Origin: Ostreococcus lucimarinus
Taxonomy: Eukaryota
Assembly (NCBI GenBank): GCA_000092065.1
Contig: CP000583.1
Length of the DNA: 64,000 nt
Direction: 5' to 3' (one strand)
The notes below the pieces were generated by a model. The model ran no database searches. It was not told where the DNA came from and was given only the letters and a program-made list of their open reading frames with translations. Below, in pieces: positions 51,215 to 60,469 of this stretch (position 1 is its first letter; every line of letters starts with the position of its first letter). The position numbers and the translations under genes were made by a program.

Positions 51215-54200
51215 TCACGCATTCGCGATGCGTTTTGGCGGCAGACCGCTCGGAAACGCCTGTTCTCCTTCGCCCGGGAGCACCGCTTCGGCGAACATTT
51301 CGACTTGCAACTTTGCGTTACTCAGCACGGCTTGCGTGATGTGTCTACAGGGTCGATGTTCTCGCGTGATGCCCGCATCGGAGAAAAATCTGTCCCAGAT
51401 ATCACACACCGCTTCCATTTCTCGGATGTCTTTGAGGTGAATTTTCACTTGCAGCAAGTGAGCGACGTCAGTGCCGGCCATCACGAGGAGTCTGACCAAA
51501 TTATCAAACACACGGCGCATTTGTCCCGTGAACGTGGGTTCGACCACACCGCCACAAGTAATACCAGAAAGCCACACTTGTCGTCCCCAGGTGACAACTG
51601 GAGAGCAATCCAAGCCACCAGGATTGTGGTACACGACCTGCGTGTTTGCGTCTGGCGCGTGCAACGCCAGCGCTCCACGCCCGGCGCCACGACGACGATC
51701 GCCACCTTGTGACGTACCGCTTTCTAACACCGCAATTCGATCCTCGTACTGAACGTTCGTTCGCGTTGCGATTTCATGCGAGCGCGCAAGCTCTTCGTGC
51801 GAGCGCACGAGTTCTTTGTGCGCTGCAGAAAGTTCTTTGAACGAGTTTACGAGTTGCTGGAAATTTTTCACCTCGACGATTTCGTTACCCGGTAACGCGT
51901 CGTCCAGCTCACGCGTCATTCTCTTCACTGGAACCAAGGCATGCGTTTCATCCTCCGCAGTAACGCTCGCAGCTCGAGATCTCTTACGTCTGCTCGGCGG
52001 CTCAACGGGGATGGGAATCGTCTTGTGCTTCATCCTCATGTGCGTGCACAAACCCCTATGTTGCTTCGCTTTGAACTCGCACTCTGGACATTGGAGTTGG
52101 TCCGTTAAAATTTCCATGTGTTTGGTACTAGAATGGACTCCCTTGTCGTGGACTACCGTCTCATCCACTTCCTCCATGTCAGTCTGATTGAGTGCCACCC
52201 GATCTTCGATGACGGCTGCCGCCGCAATCAGTTCAACGTTGTGTTCTTTCTTGTAGTGCGTGCAAAGCTGTCTGAACGACTTGCATTTGAAATCTCCAGC
52301 CGCACACTCGTCGCAAAACCGAACGCCAGGATCCATCTCTTTCGTGCGAGGAGGTCCCGGGAAACTAACTCCGACGTTCAGGGGCTCTTCTTCGAGTGGT
52401 GAGGTTTGGGGGTGCTTCAACTTGCAGCTGCGCAGATGAGCTGCAAACCCTGCATTCCAGAAACCCGTGTACGTCTGACAGTACTCGCACGTTATCTGCG
52501 TCTTTTTCGATTTACCACTCGGACGATCGGTATCTCTCGTCTCATGTGTGAGCTTATTCGGTTTTGACAACGAAGGTTTCGGCTCTGAAGTTGGCAACGA
52601 CGCATCACTCGACGAGTTCATCAACGCCTCCGCCTCTTTAAACTCTTTCGCGGTAATGAATGCCCGTACATTGTGCGCGTCTTTGTAGTGAGCGATCAGC
52701 CCTGAATTGTTTGGAAACTTGGCCGAGCACTCTGCACAACTTCTTTGCGTGTGAAAGATGCGTAAGATTGTCGTTTCTGTTTGCGGTCGAACGGACTGTT
52801 CTTCGACGGCAGGCTCGTCGCCGGGTGACTCTCCTTGTGCAGACTGTTTACCAATTCGCGTGACTTTAACGCCGTGTTCCACCTGCATGTGTCGCACTAA
52901 ATCATCGAAAGAAGTACCTTTGAACTCGCAACCGCTTTCTTCTCGAAGTAAACATTTTCTACTCTTCGCGCCGACGGATAGCTCTTTGAGCGGCGTGTGA
53001 GCTTCAGACGCAATTTTTGGAGGCGCCTTATCTGTTGCCTTCGTGACCACTTGGGCATTAGGGACGCTCGTAGCGGCTGATTTCGCTCCTTTGCACCATC
53101 GCGCTTTGTGCGTCACGAGCCCGGCTGGCGACTTAACTGAAACTCCACACACATCGCAAGCCGTCGAATGATTGGTGACGATGACAGACGCTTGCGTTTT
53201 GTTTTTCTTCTCTACCGCACCAGCGGTCAAAGGCACGATTAGTTCGCCGCGATGCTTCATCTTGCTCTGATGTATTTTTAGCGAGTGCGCATTCTTGAAC
53301 GACTTTCCACACTCAGTGCACGCACATTCCTGCGACTCGTTCGTAGACTTGTCGATGTCACGACCTCTGCTCGCTGCTCGCTCGTCTTCGTCGTCGATAC
53401 CTACGGTGTAACGCGAAGGTCTCGCGGCTGTTCGCCGCTTTCGATTGGGTTCAGTAGACTCGTTCGCAGTCAGCTTGTCGTCAACATTCGATACGTCGTC
53501 AAAAAGATTTTCAGGTGTCTTGAGAAGCGCAGCCTTGTTCGCTGGTCGATCATCATCGCTGTCTGCGTTGTGCGTAGCCTCTGCTTCAGCACGATGCTTC
53601 ACTGTATCGCTTCTCGGCCCATCGTCGTCGGCGTCGCTGTCGCGATCCGTCTCATCCTTGTCGTTCTCGTCCTCCATCACGAATGCGCTCACCATCTCGG
53701 CTTGGTCCATGGCGGGTTGCTCGGCCCAATACTTTTCGACGTGCTGCTGATACTCGGCGAAAGTCTCTTCGGGCTTGGCGCTGCAGTAACTCACGACGTG
53801 TTTCTTGAACGCGAGGTATCCGTTAAACTTTTTCTGCGCGCCGCAAAAGCAACACTCGATATCCTTGTAGATCTTGTACTCTCTGTTACCGTCCGGGCTC
53901 ATCTGGTCGACCCCGCGCGGCGTCGGCACTTCAACATCTATCGTCGTCGGACTCGAAACCGCGAGCGCTGGTGCCGGCGTGCGCGCCGGCGCCTCGTTCG
54001 CGACTTCGCCGTCCTTCGTCGTCTTGTCGCTATTCGGACTTCCATTCGCGCCCTGCCCCGGGCTCCGCGCCGGCGTCGCCGTCTGCACCTCGTTCCCATC
54101 ACCCGCGCCCGCGTCCACTTTCCCATCGCTCACCACCGCCGCGACCTCGCTCGCGGGCGGTTGACCCGGTAAACCTCCCTCCGCCGACATCGCGCCGTCG

Positions 54201-54289
54201 CGTCGACCTCCGCGCTCGCCTTCGCCGTCCTCCCCGCGTCGATTCGACCGTCTCGATCGAGTCCTGCGCGCGTCCGCGTCGTCAGTCAT
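51215..54289 (-). CDS. Multi-C2H2 zinc-finger protein carrying a C-terminal RidA/YjgF/endoribonuclease L-PSP-like domain
   Basis: At least 7 C2H2-type fingers (e.g. CTECGKSFKNAHSLKIHQSKMKH; CPECEFKAKQHRGLCTHMRMKHK). The C-terminal ~130 aa (…SPVVTWGRQVWLSGI…GQMRRVFDNLVRLLVMAGTDVAHLLQVKIHLKD…FAEAVLP) are collinear with RidA. One uninterrupted frame. The start ATG is tentatively 54289 or 54190. Confidence 0.6.
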   Translation of the reverse strand: MTDDADARRTRSRRSNRRGEDGEGERGGRRDGAMSAEGGLPGQPPASEVAAVVSDGKVDAGAGDGNEVQTATPARSPGQGANGSPNSDKTTKDGEVANEAPARTPAPALAVSSPTTIDVEVPTPRGVDQMSPDGNREYKIYKDIECCFCGAQKKFNGYLAFKKHVVSYCSAKPEETFAEYQQHVEKYWAEQPAMDQAEMVSAFVMEDENDKDETDRDSDADDDGPRSDTVKHRAEAEATHNADSDDDRPANKAALLKTPENLFDDVSNVDDKLTANESTEPNRKRRTAARPSRYTVGIDDEDERAASRGRDIDKSTNESQECACTECGKSFKNAHSLKIHQSKMKHRGELIVPLTAGAVEKKNKTQASVIVTNHSTACDVCGVSVKSPAGLVTHKARWCKGAKSAATSVPNAQVVTKATDKAPPKIASEAHTPLKELSVGAKSRKCLLREESGCEFKGTSFDDLVRHMQVEHGVKVTRIGKQSAQGESPGDEPAVEEQSVRPQTETTILRIFHTQRSCAECSAKFPNNSGLIAHYKDAHNVRAFITAKEFKEAEALMNSSSDASLPTSEPKPSLSKPNKLTHETRDTDRPSGKSKKTQITCEYCQTYTGFWNAGFAAHLRSCKLKHPQTSPLEEEPLNVGVSFPGPPRTKEMDPGVRFCDECAAGDFKCKSFRQLCTHYKKEHNVELIAAAAVIEDRVALNQTDMEEVDETVVHDKGVHSSTKHMEILTDQLQCPECEFKAKQHRGLCTHMRMKHKTIPIPVEPPSRRKRSRAASVTAEDETHALVPVKRMTRELDDALPGNEIVEVKNFQQLVNSFKELSAAHKELVRSHEELARSHEIATRTNVQYEDRIAVLESGTSQGGDRRRGAGRGALALHAPDANTQVVYHNPGGLDCSPVVTWGRQVWLSGITCGGVVEPTFTGQMRRVFDNLVRLLVMAGTDVAHLLQVKIHLKDIREMEAVCDIWDRFFSDAGITREHRPCRHITQAVLSNAKLQVEMFAEAVLPGEGEQAFPSGLPPKRIANA

Positions 54290-54859
54290 CCCATCGCGCG
54301 CGCGTTCCGTCGTTCCGACCCGCGCGCGCCGCGCGCCGCGCGCGTCGACCGCTCGCGCGGGTCGAAATTCTCCAATTTCAACCTCCGACCGATTCCCCGC
54401 GGTGTTCCGCGCGTCGCCGTCGCGCGCCCGACCGTCGCGCGCCCCCTCGCCCGCGCGCGATCGCCCGCGCGCGATCGCCCGCGCGCGTCCGCCCGCGCGC
54501 GCGGCGCGTCTCGCGCGCGCGCGACCGCGCGAGCGCTCGACGACGCGCATTTGACCTCGCGACCGCGGCGACCGCGCGCGCCGATGCGCCGCGCGCGCGC
54601 GCGCGAGATCGATGCGTCGCGCTCGCGCGCGCGAAGACGTCGGTCGTGATCCGTACCTCGCGTTGGATTCGCTCGCGGGGCGCGCGCGCGCGTCGAGGAG
54701 TGCGCATTGGGCGCGCATTCGATGCGGAGACGACGAGACGCCGCGAGGCGTCGCGCGAAGCGTCGCGCGAGGGCGAACGCGCGCGACGCGGCGACGACGA
54801 GAGGGAACGACGCGTCTGGACGACGCGGCGCTGATGATGATGCGTGACTAGTGAGAAAT

Positions 54860-55588
54860 CTAGCGCTGGCTAAGAGCGCGCGCGGGCGGCGGCGGTTGGG
54901 ACGCGCGCTCGCGAACGACGCGACGCTTGCGAACGCAGCCGCAACAGGAGGTTTCCTCCTCGACGGTTTCGACGAACGGCGACGGGTCGCTCGGACCCGG
55001 TGCGGTCGGCGCGGGATCGCTCGCGGGATTGAGCTCGGACGCGGCGTCGGCGTGGAGCTTGGCGCGGGCTTTGGCGGCCCATCGGTCGAGGGATCGCGCG
55101 CGCGCGAACGGCTTGGCCGCGTCGTCGGCGGCGTTCGTCGTCTCGGCGTTCGTGGTGGTGGTGGTGGTGGTGGTGGTCGTCGATCCATCGGTGAGATCGA
55201 GCTTCGTTCGCGCGACTGGGGTATCCAGAAACGACAGCGCGCGCGGCGTCGCGGGCGCGCGCGCGTCCGCGGTCGCCGGTGCGAACTCGAAGCTCGCGTC
55301 CGCGTCCTCCGTCGGCGTCGCCGCCGGCGTTCGTCGTTTGTTCTCGCTCACCGCGCTCAGCTCGTTCGGCACCAATCGCTCGCTCATCGTCTCACGCTCG
55401 CTCACGGACGCCCTGCCGTCCCCCGGGCGGTTCAAAGGCGTCGCGCCCTCGCCCCGCCGTCGAACCGACGCGTGCGCCTTGACGCGCTGCGCCTCGACGC
55501 GCGCCGCGTACGCGTCGTACTCCTCCAACGCCGCCGACCCATTCTTCGCCACGTACGCGTGAAACCATCGCAATAAATTATTATTTTC
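54860..55588 (-). CDS. EB1: EB1-family microtubule plus-end-binding protein, exon 2 (linker and C-terminal region with a poly-Thr tract)
   Basis: Begins after a TAG acceptor: …ENNNLLRWFHAYVAKNGSAALEEYDAYAARVEAQ…, which matches EB1 …DNFEFVQWFKKFFDANYDG…DPVAAR. A canonical EBH motif was not clearly recognised, so the 3' structure is uncertain. Confidence 0.45.
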   Translation of the reverse strand, partial: ENNNLLRWFHAYVAKNGSAALEEYDAYAARVEAQRVKAHASVRRRGEGATPLNRPGDGRASVSERETMSERLVPNELSAVSENKRRTPAATPTEDADASFEFAPATADARAPATPRALSFLDTPVARTKLDLTDGSTTTTTTTTTTNAETTNAADDAAKPFARARSLDRWAAKARAKLHADAASELNPASDPAPTAPGPSDPSPFVETVEEETSCCGCVRKRRVVRERASQPPPPARALSQR

Positions 55589-55823
55589 CTACGTTCGCAA
55601 ACGCCCCCCGCGCGGTCGATCGATCGATCGTCAGTCGCGCGTTCGCTCGCGCTCGCGCCTCGCGCTCGAATCCCAACCGCCTCGACTCGCCCGCGCGTCG
55701 TCGTCGTCGCCCGATCCGATCCCCGTCTTCACCGACGCCGTCCATCGCCCCCAAACGCGAGCGCGACTTCCATCCCACGCTTCCCGCGCCTCGCTCGTCG
55801 CGTCGCGTCGTCGTTTCGCGCAC

Positions 55824-56177
55824 CGTGAACTTCCCCTTGGCCAACGCGTCGAAATCCACGTCGACGCGCGTCCCGAGCGCGCGCATCGTCTGCGCCAGCA
55901 CCCGCACGTTCCGCTCGTTATCCCCGACGAACCGCGCGTTGAAATCAAACCTATGCAGCGGCACCTTCCCCGGGTGCATCGCGTCGAGCAGCTGCGCGTA
56001 CGCGACGCCGTCGCCGCACTCTTGCACCGAGGCGTAATCGCTCCGAAGCGCGCGATTGAGCCACGCGACGAGCTCGAGCCGTCCCATCGAGCGCGACGTC
56101 GACGCCGTCGTCGTCGTCGCCGTCGGCGTCGTCGCGCGCGCGGCGCTCGCGCGTCGTCGCGTCGCGGGCGTCGACAT
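55824..56177 (-). CDS. EB1: EB1-family protein, exon 1 (calponin-homology microtubule-binding domain)
   Basis: …GRLELVAWLNRALRSDYASVQECGDGVAYAQLLDAMHPGKVPLHRFDFNARF…VRVLAQTMRALGTRVDVDFDALAKGKFT, then the GTGCGC donor. Confidence 0.7.
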
Positions 56178-56219
56178 CGTCGTCGAGGAGTGACGCGGAC
56201 GCCATTCGCGCGCGCCACC

Positions 56220-56331
56220 ATGGCGAGCGCGCGCGGGTTCTGCGAACGCTGCGGCGCGCGCCTGCGGCTGACGACGCGCGCGCCCGACGTGCGGTGCGAC
56301 GCGTGCGGCAGGGCGCGCGCGCTCGAGGACG
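56220..56331 (+). CDS. RPA12: RNA polymerase I subunit RPA12 (ZNRD1-like), exon 1 (N-terminal zinc ribbon)
   Basis: MASARGFCERCGARLRLTTRAPDVRCDACGRARALED. The frame must change to reach the C-terminal ribbon. Proposed intron 56332..56474 (GGTGCG…CCGCAG). Confidence 0.55.
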
Positions 56332-56395
56332 GTGCGACGCCGACGCGACGACGGACGAAGCGGCGGCGGCGAGGAAAAGCGACGAAAAGAAAGAC

Positions 56396-56435
56396 GCGAC
56401 GCGACGCGACGCGACGCGACGCGACGACGGTGAAC
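56396..56435. repeat. (GCGAC)8 pentanucleotide microsatellite inside the proposed RPA12 intron
   Basis: gcgacgcgacgcgacgcgacgcgacgcgacgcgacgcgac read directly. Confidence 0.9.
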
Positions 56436-56474
56436 GCGGACTGACGACGCGCGATGACCGCGATGACGCCGCAG

Positions 56475-56740
56475 CGTTCGGGGACGGCGAGCGCGAGCTC
56501 ACGGCGGGGGCGAGGGAGTTTAAGTTTCATCACGGCGTCGAGGCGAGACATCCGAACGGGACGCGCGTGGGCGCGACGGAGGAGGTGACGCGAGAGCGCG
56601 CGACGGTGGACGAAAAGTGTCCGAAATGTAAGCATAAGGGGTTAAACTTTTACACGATGCAGTTGAGGAGCGCGGATGAGGGGCAGACGGTGTTTTATGA
56701 GTGTCCGAAGTGCTCGCACACGTTTTCGCAAAACAACTGA
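56475..56740 (+). CDS. RPA12: RPA12 exon 2 (TFIIS-type C-terminal zinc ribbon)
   Basis: CPKCKHKGLNFYTMQLRSADEGQTVFYECPKCSHTF contains the Q-x-RSADE-GQTVFY signature characteristic of the RPA12/RPB9/RPC11 C-ribbon, closest to RPA12. Confidence 0.7.
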
Positions 56741-56915
56741 GCGCGGGGACGAGGCGAGGCGACGCCGTGTAGTAAAAGTAGCGACGAAATTTTGTCAGTG
56801 ACGCATCGAAAGCGCGTGGTAGCTCATCGAAAGCGCGACGCGCGCGGTAAAAAAGGTGTGTGAGTGATTTTTACAGCGGGAAGAGAGCGCGTGTTCGCGT
56901 CGACGTCGTCGTCGC

Positions 56916-57725
56916 CTACTCCGGGTTACCCCAACTATTGACAACCTTGCACGAACCGTCGCCACCGTCGGGTCCGTACTGACGCCAGCCCGCGCTTCCT
57001 TCCTTGTAAAAGGCGCTCGCGTCGGTGCCGGTACCGTCGGCCAAGGATGCGTCGCATCCGTTCGCGTTCCCGCTCGAACCGATGTGCCACAAGTCGCTCG
57101 TCCAGTACTTGTTGACGCCGTCGCACTCGAATTCCCCGTCGCATTCCTCCTTGACGTGCTTCCAATCCGTCGCTTCGTCGTTGATGTTCGCCTTGTAGAA
57201 CAAGCACGACAACAACCACGTATCCTTGCGACAATACCGCGTCGCTCCCGACGCCGGAACTTGCGCGTGCGCCGCCGCCGCCAAATCGACCGCGCCCGAC
57301 TGCGCCATCGCCGCCGCGTCCGCCGCCATCTCCTGACCGAACTGTTGCATCGGTTCCTGTCCCAGCATCGCGATCGAGCGCCACGAGCCCCTTTCTTCGC
57401 GCTCACCGACGCACATCAAGCTAAACTTTGACGCGTGTCCGCACGCGTCCAGGTGCGCGTCCCTCGTCAGCCCCCTCGGCGCCGCCAGCGCGAACCGCGA
57501 GCTCCCGAGCGCGGCCTCGCTCGACGTCCAACCGCGACCTCTCGCGTACTGCGCTCCATTCAGCGCCAAGCTCGCGACGAGCGCGCCCGACAGCGCCCCG
57601 ATCGTTCGTCGCGCGGTCGACCCGCGATTTTGGTGTTCGCGCCCTTCGCCCTCGCTCGCCACGTCCAATCGCAGCGACGCGTCGTCGGCCGCGCGCAGCA
57701 GGCTCCCGCGTTCGTCTTCGCTCAT
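56916..57725 (-). CDS. Hypothetical membrane protein with a Cys-rich C-terminal domain
   Basis: TM segment IGALSGALVASLALNGAQY, then a Cys-containing region (…YCRKDTWLLSCLFYKANINDEATDWKHVKEECDGEFECDGV…NGCDASL…GSCKVVNSW). The upper part of the long ORF is antisense to the sulfotransferase gene, so the start is uncertain. Confidence 0.35.
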   Translation of the reverse strand: MSEDERGSLLRAADDASLRLDVASEGEGREHQNRGSTARRTIGALSGALVASLALNGAQYARGRGWTSSEAALGSSRFALAAPRGLTRDAHLDACGHASKFSLMCVGEREERGSWRSIAMLGQEPMQQFGQEMAADAAAMAQSGAVDLAAAAHAQVPASGATRYCRKDTWLLSCLFYKANINDEATDWKHVKEECDGEFECDGVNKYWTSDLWHIGSSGNANGCDASLADGTGTDASAFYKEGSAGWRQYGPDGGDGSCKVVNSWGNPE

Positions 57726-59022
57726 GTCTGCGCGCTTCGCGTCGCGTTCGCGCGCTCGCGCGTTCGCGCGCGCGCGTTTCTGCCGATCGGCTCTGACTTT
57801 TAGTGTTGGCGCGACGGTGCCGTCGGCGACCGACCGCGGCACATCGCGCGGCATGGCGACGCCGACGGTGATCGAGTGCCGCGTGCGCGGCGCGTACTGG
57901 CACGTGAAAAACCACCCGATGTCCGGCGTCACGCTCGTCGGGTGGGCGAGGACGCTCTGGGCGCACGGACGGTCGATCGATGCGGTGGCGTTCGCGCCGA
58001 GGCTGATGTTTCTGACGTGCATGGCGCTCGCGAACACGCTGGCGGCGATCGCGGACGGCGCGCTGCGCCCGAGGTGGGGTCGGACGAAAGTGCGAGACGA
58101 CCCGGTGTTCGTGCTGGGACATCCGAGGACGGGGACGACGCACTTGCATAATATATTGGCGAAAGACGAGACGCGCTTCGCCGCGGCGACGACGTTCGAC
58201 GTCGGGTTTCCGAGCGGGTTTCTCTCGAGCGGGTTCGTGAAGCCGTACCTGGCGAAAATGATGGATTCGACGAGACCGATGGATAACATGGCGCTGACGA
58301 TGGACACGCCGCAGGAGGACGAGCTGGCGACGAATCAATTGAGCGGGTGCGCGTCGCCGTACGCGCCGCTGATGTTTATGCGAGACGAGGCGAAATTTCG
58401 CAAGTATTACGAGCTTCGAGAGGATCACGACGAGTATCCCATCGAGCGCGCAGAGCTGGAGGCGTGGAAATCGGCGTTCATGACGTTCATGACAAAGTTG
58501 CAGTACAAGCACGGGGAGCACAAGCGGTTGGTGTTGAAGTCGCCCGTGCACGCGGCGCGCGTCGAGGTGCTTCGCAAACTCTTTCCGCGAGCGCAATTCG
58601 TGTTCATTTCTCGTCACCCGTACGATGTTTTCAGATCTGCGGTAAACATGGCGGACAAGTACTACTGGCAGTGCTTTTTGCAACGCCCCACCGTGGCGGA
58701 CGTGCAGGAATTCATCCTCAAGCAGGGAGAAATTTTACACGACGCGTACGTGCGAGACTCGAAGTCGCTCCCGCGCGAAGCCTTGTTTGAGACGCGATTC
58801 GACGATCTCGACGCCGATCCCGTGGGCACGTTGTCGAAAATTTATAAACATTTCGGATGGGATGGATTCGACGAAACGGTCGCGCCGGTGTTGAAGGAAT
58901 ACGCGACGTCGCTCGCCGACTTTAAAAAGAATAGCTTTGCCGAGCTCTCCGACGACGCCAAGGAGGTGATCAACAGTCGCTGGGCGCGCTGGTTCACCGA
59001 CTTGAACTACGAGAAACGATAG
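57724..59022 (+). CDS. Sulfotransferase-family protein (P-loop PAPS-binding type)
   Basis: 5'-PSB-like VFVLGHPRTGTTHLHNILA and 3'-PB-like …FISRHPYDVFRS… . Alternative start ATG at 57853 (MATPTVIECRV…). Confidence 0.65.
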   Translation: MSARFASRSRARAFARARFCRSALTFSVGATVPSATDRGTSRGMATPTVIECRVRGAYWHVKNHPMSGVTLVGWARTLWAHGRSIDAVAFAPRLMFLTCMALANTLAAIADGALRPRWGRTKVRDDPVFVLGHPRTGTTHLHNILAKDETRFAAATTFDVGFPSGFLSSGFVKPYLAKMMDSTRPMDNMALTMDTPQEDELATNQLSGCASPYAPLMFMRDEAKFRKYYELREDHDEYPIERAELEAWKSAFMTFMTKLQYKHGEHKRLVLKSPVHAARVEVLRKLFPRAQFVFISRHPYDVFRSAVNMADKYYWQCFLQRPTVADVQEFILKQGEILHDAYVRDSKSLPREALFETRFDDLDADPVGTLSKIYKHFGWDGFDETVAPVLKEYATSLADFKKNSFAELSDDAKEVINSRWARWFTDLNYEKR

Positions 59023-59062
59023 CGCTGTAGCGTAGAAATAACAGTAGAAAGAAGATTGCTCA

Positions 59063-59746
59063 TTAAAGGAGCTTTTTCCGCTCAAAGAAACCCTTGAGAT
59101 AGACGATTTGCCAGACGCACATCCCGACGCACACGCTCAGGCTCAGCACGCTCAACCACGCGACTTTCGCGTTCGTCGATTCATTCATATCGCGCATCTC
59201 CGCCTCTAACGCTCGCAAATTCAACATACCATCGTGCACTTCTCTCAAATCCGCCTCTAACGCCCGCAACGTCCGCGTAAACGCGTCCAAATCCGTCGCC
59301 TTGGCCAGGCTCTTCCACTCCGTCGCCGCGACGCCGTGTTTCCAATCTACGCGCACCCTGTGCTTCGCCAGCGCCGCAGCCTTCGCCTTTTCGTCCCCCA
59401 GCGACGTCAACTCCGGTTTATAAAAGCACGCTCGGTGTTCTCCCTCCGTCTCGCTCGTGAATCCGTGCCTTCCGCTCGTCGCGTCGTTCTTCTCCCACGC
59501 CACCTTCCCCTTCGCGTCGAACACCTTCACGCTCACCTCATCTCCCTCCATCACCGTCTCGAACGCGAACAGCACCACCGCGTTCGCGTGTATGTCTTCG
59601 CTCACGCACTTCATGTCGTCGTACGCGCCGTCGCCGCGGTGCACCAGATCGATCTCCAGCGCCGTCGCCGTCGTCGTCGAAATCATCATCATCATCGCCC
59701 CACCGACGACCGCGGACGCGATCGACGCGCGTCGCGCGCGCGCCAT
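59063..59746 (-). CDS. TMED: emp24/gp25L/p24 (TMED) cargo receptor: signal peptide, GOLD domain, TM helix, C-terminal KKxx-like tail (…RKKLL)
   Basis: GOLD-domain pattern (…ANAVVLFAFETVMEGDEVSVKVFDAKG…), a coiled coil, TM helix WLSVLSLSVCVGMCVWQIVYL, and a KGFFERKKLL* ending. Confidence 0.8.
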   Translation of the reverse strand: MARARRASIASAVVGGAMMMMISTTTATALEIDLVHRGDGAYDDMKCVSEDIHANAVVLFAFETVMEGDEVSVKVFDAKGKVAWEKNDATSGRHGFTSETEGEHRACFYKPELTSLGDEKAKAAALAKHRVRVDWKHGVAATEWKSLAKATDLDAFTRTLRALEADLREVHDGMLNLRALEAEMRDMNESTNAKVAWLSVLSLSVCVGMCVWQIVYLKGFFERKKLL

Positions 59747-60469
59747 CGCCGCACTACGCGCGCTTCACCGCCGATGACGCGGCCAAGCCGCTCGCGCGTC
59801 GCGGAACGCCGCGATTCGTGACGCGATTCATCCGCGCGCGTCCTCGCGCGTTCGATGCCCGACGACGTCGTCGTCGCGCGCGCGCGATGTCCCGCGCGCG
59901 CGCTCGCGCTGACGGCGACGATCACCGCGCGCGGCGCGCGCGCGACGATCGAGGTCGCGCGCGAGGCGCGGTCGCGTCGCGTCGCTTTCGCGCGCGGTCT
60001 CGCGGTGGCGACGCTGACGCGCGTCGCGCTGGCGCTGACGCGCGCGCGCGCGCGCGACGCGTGGCTCGCGAGCGCGATGGCGTGCGCGATGGCGACGCGC
60101 GCGATGGGACGCGCGCGCGCGGTGGCGCGGGCGACGATGGATCGAGCGTTGGGCGCGCGGTGCGCGGACGGGACGGCGGTGCCGCGCGAGGACGCGCGCG
60201 GGTTCGAAGTCGCGGAGAGGCTGAGCGCGACGGACGCGTGGTATCAGGTGGTGTGCGCGAGGGGGGGTGGGAGAGGACGCGTGGACGTCCTGGGAGGGAC
60301 GCGGTGCTCGGGAGAGATGGCGCGGGTGGTGATGGCGACGGCGCGGCGGTGCTTCGAAGACGGTTAGGGGATGGATTGAAAAAATCGTAGATTCGGCGGG
60401 GACGGGGGTTTTAATGATGGATGGATAGATGGACTGGCTAGATCTAGGAGAGGGAGGATGAATCGTTCG

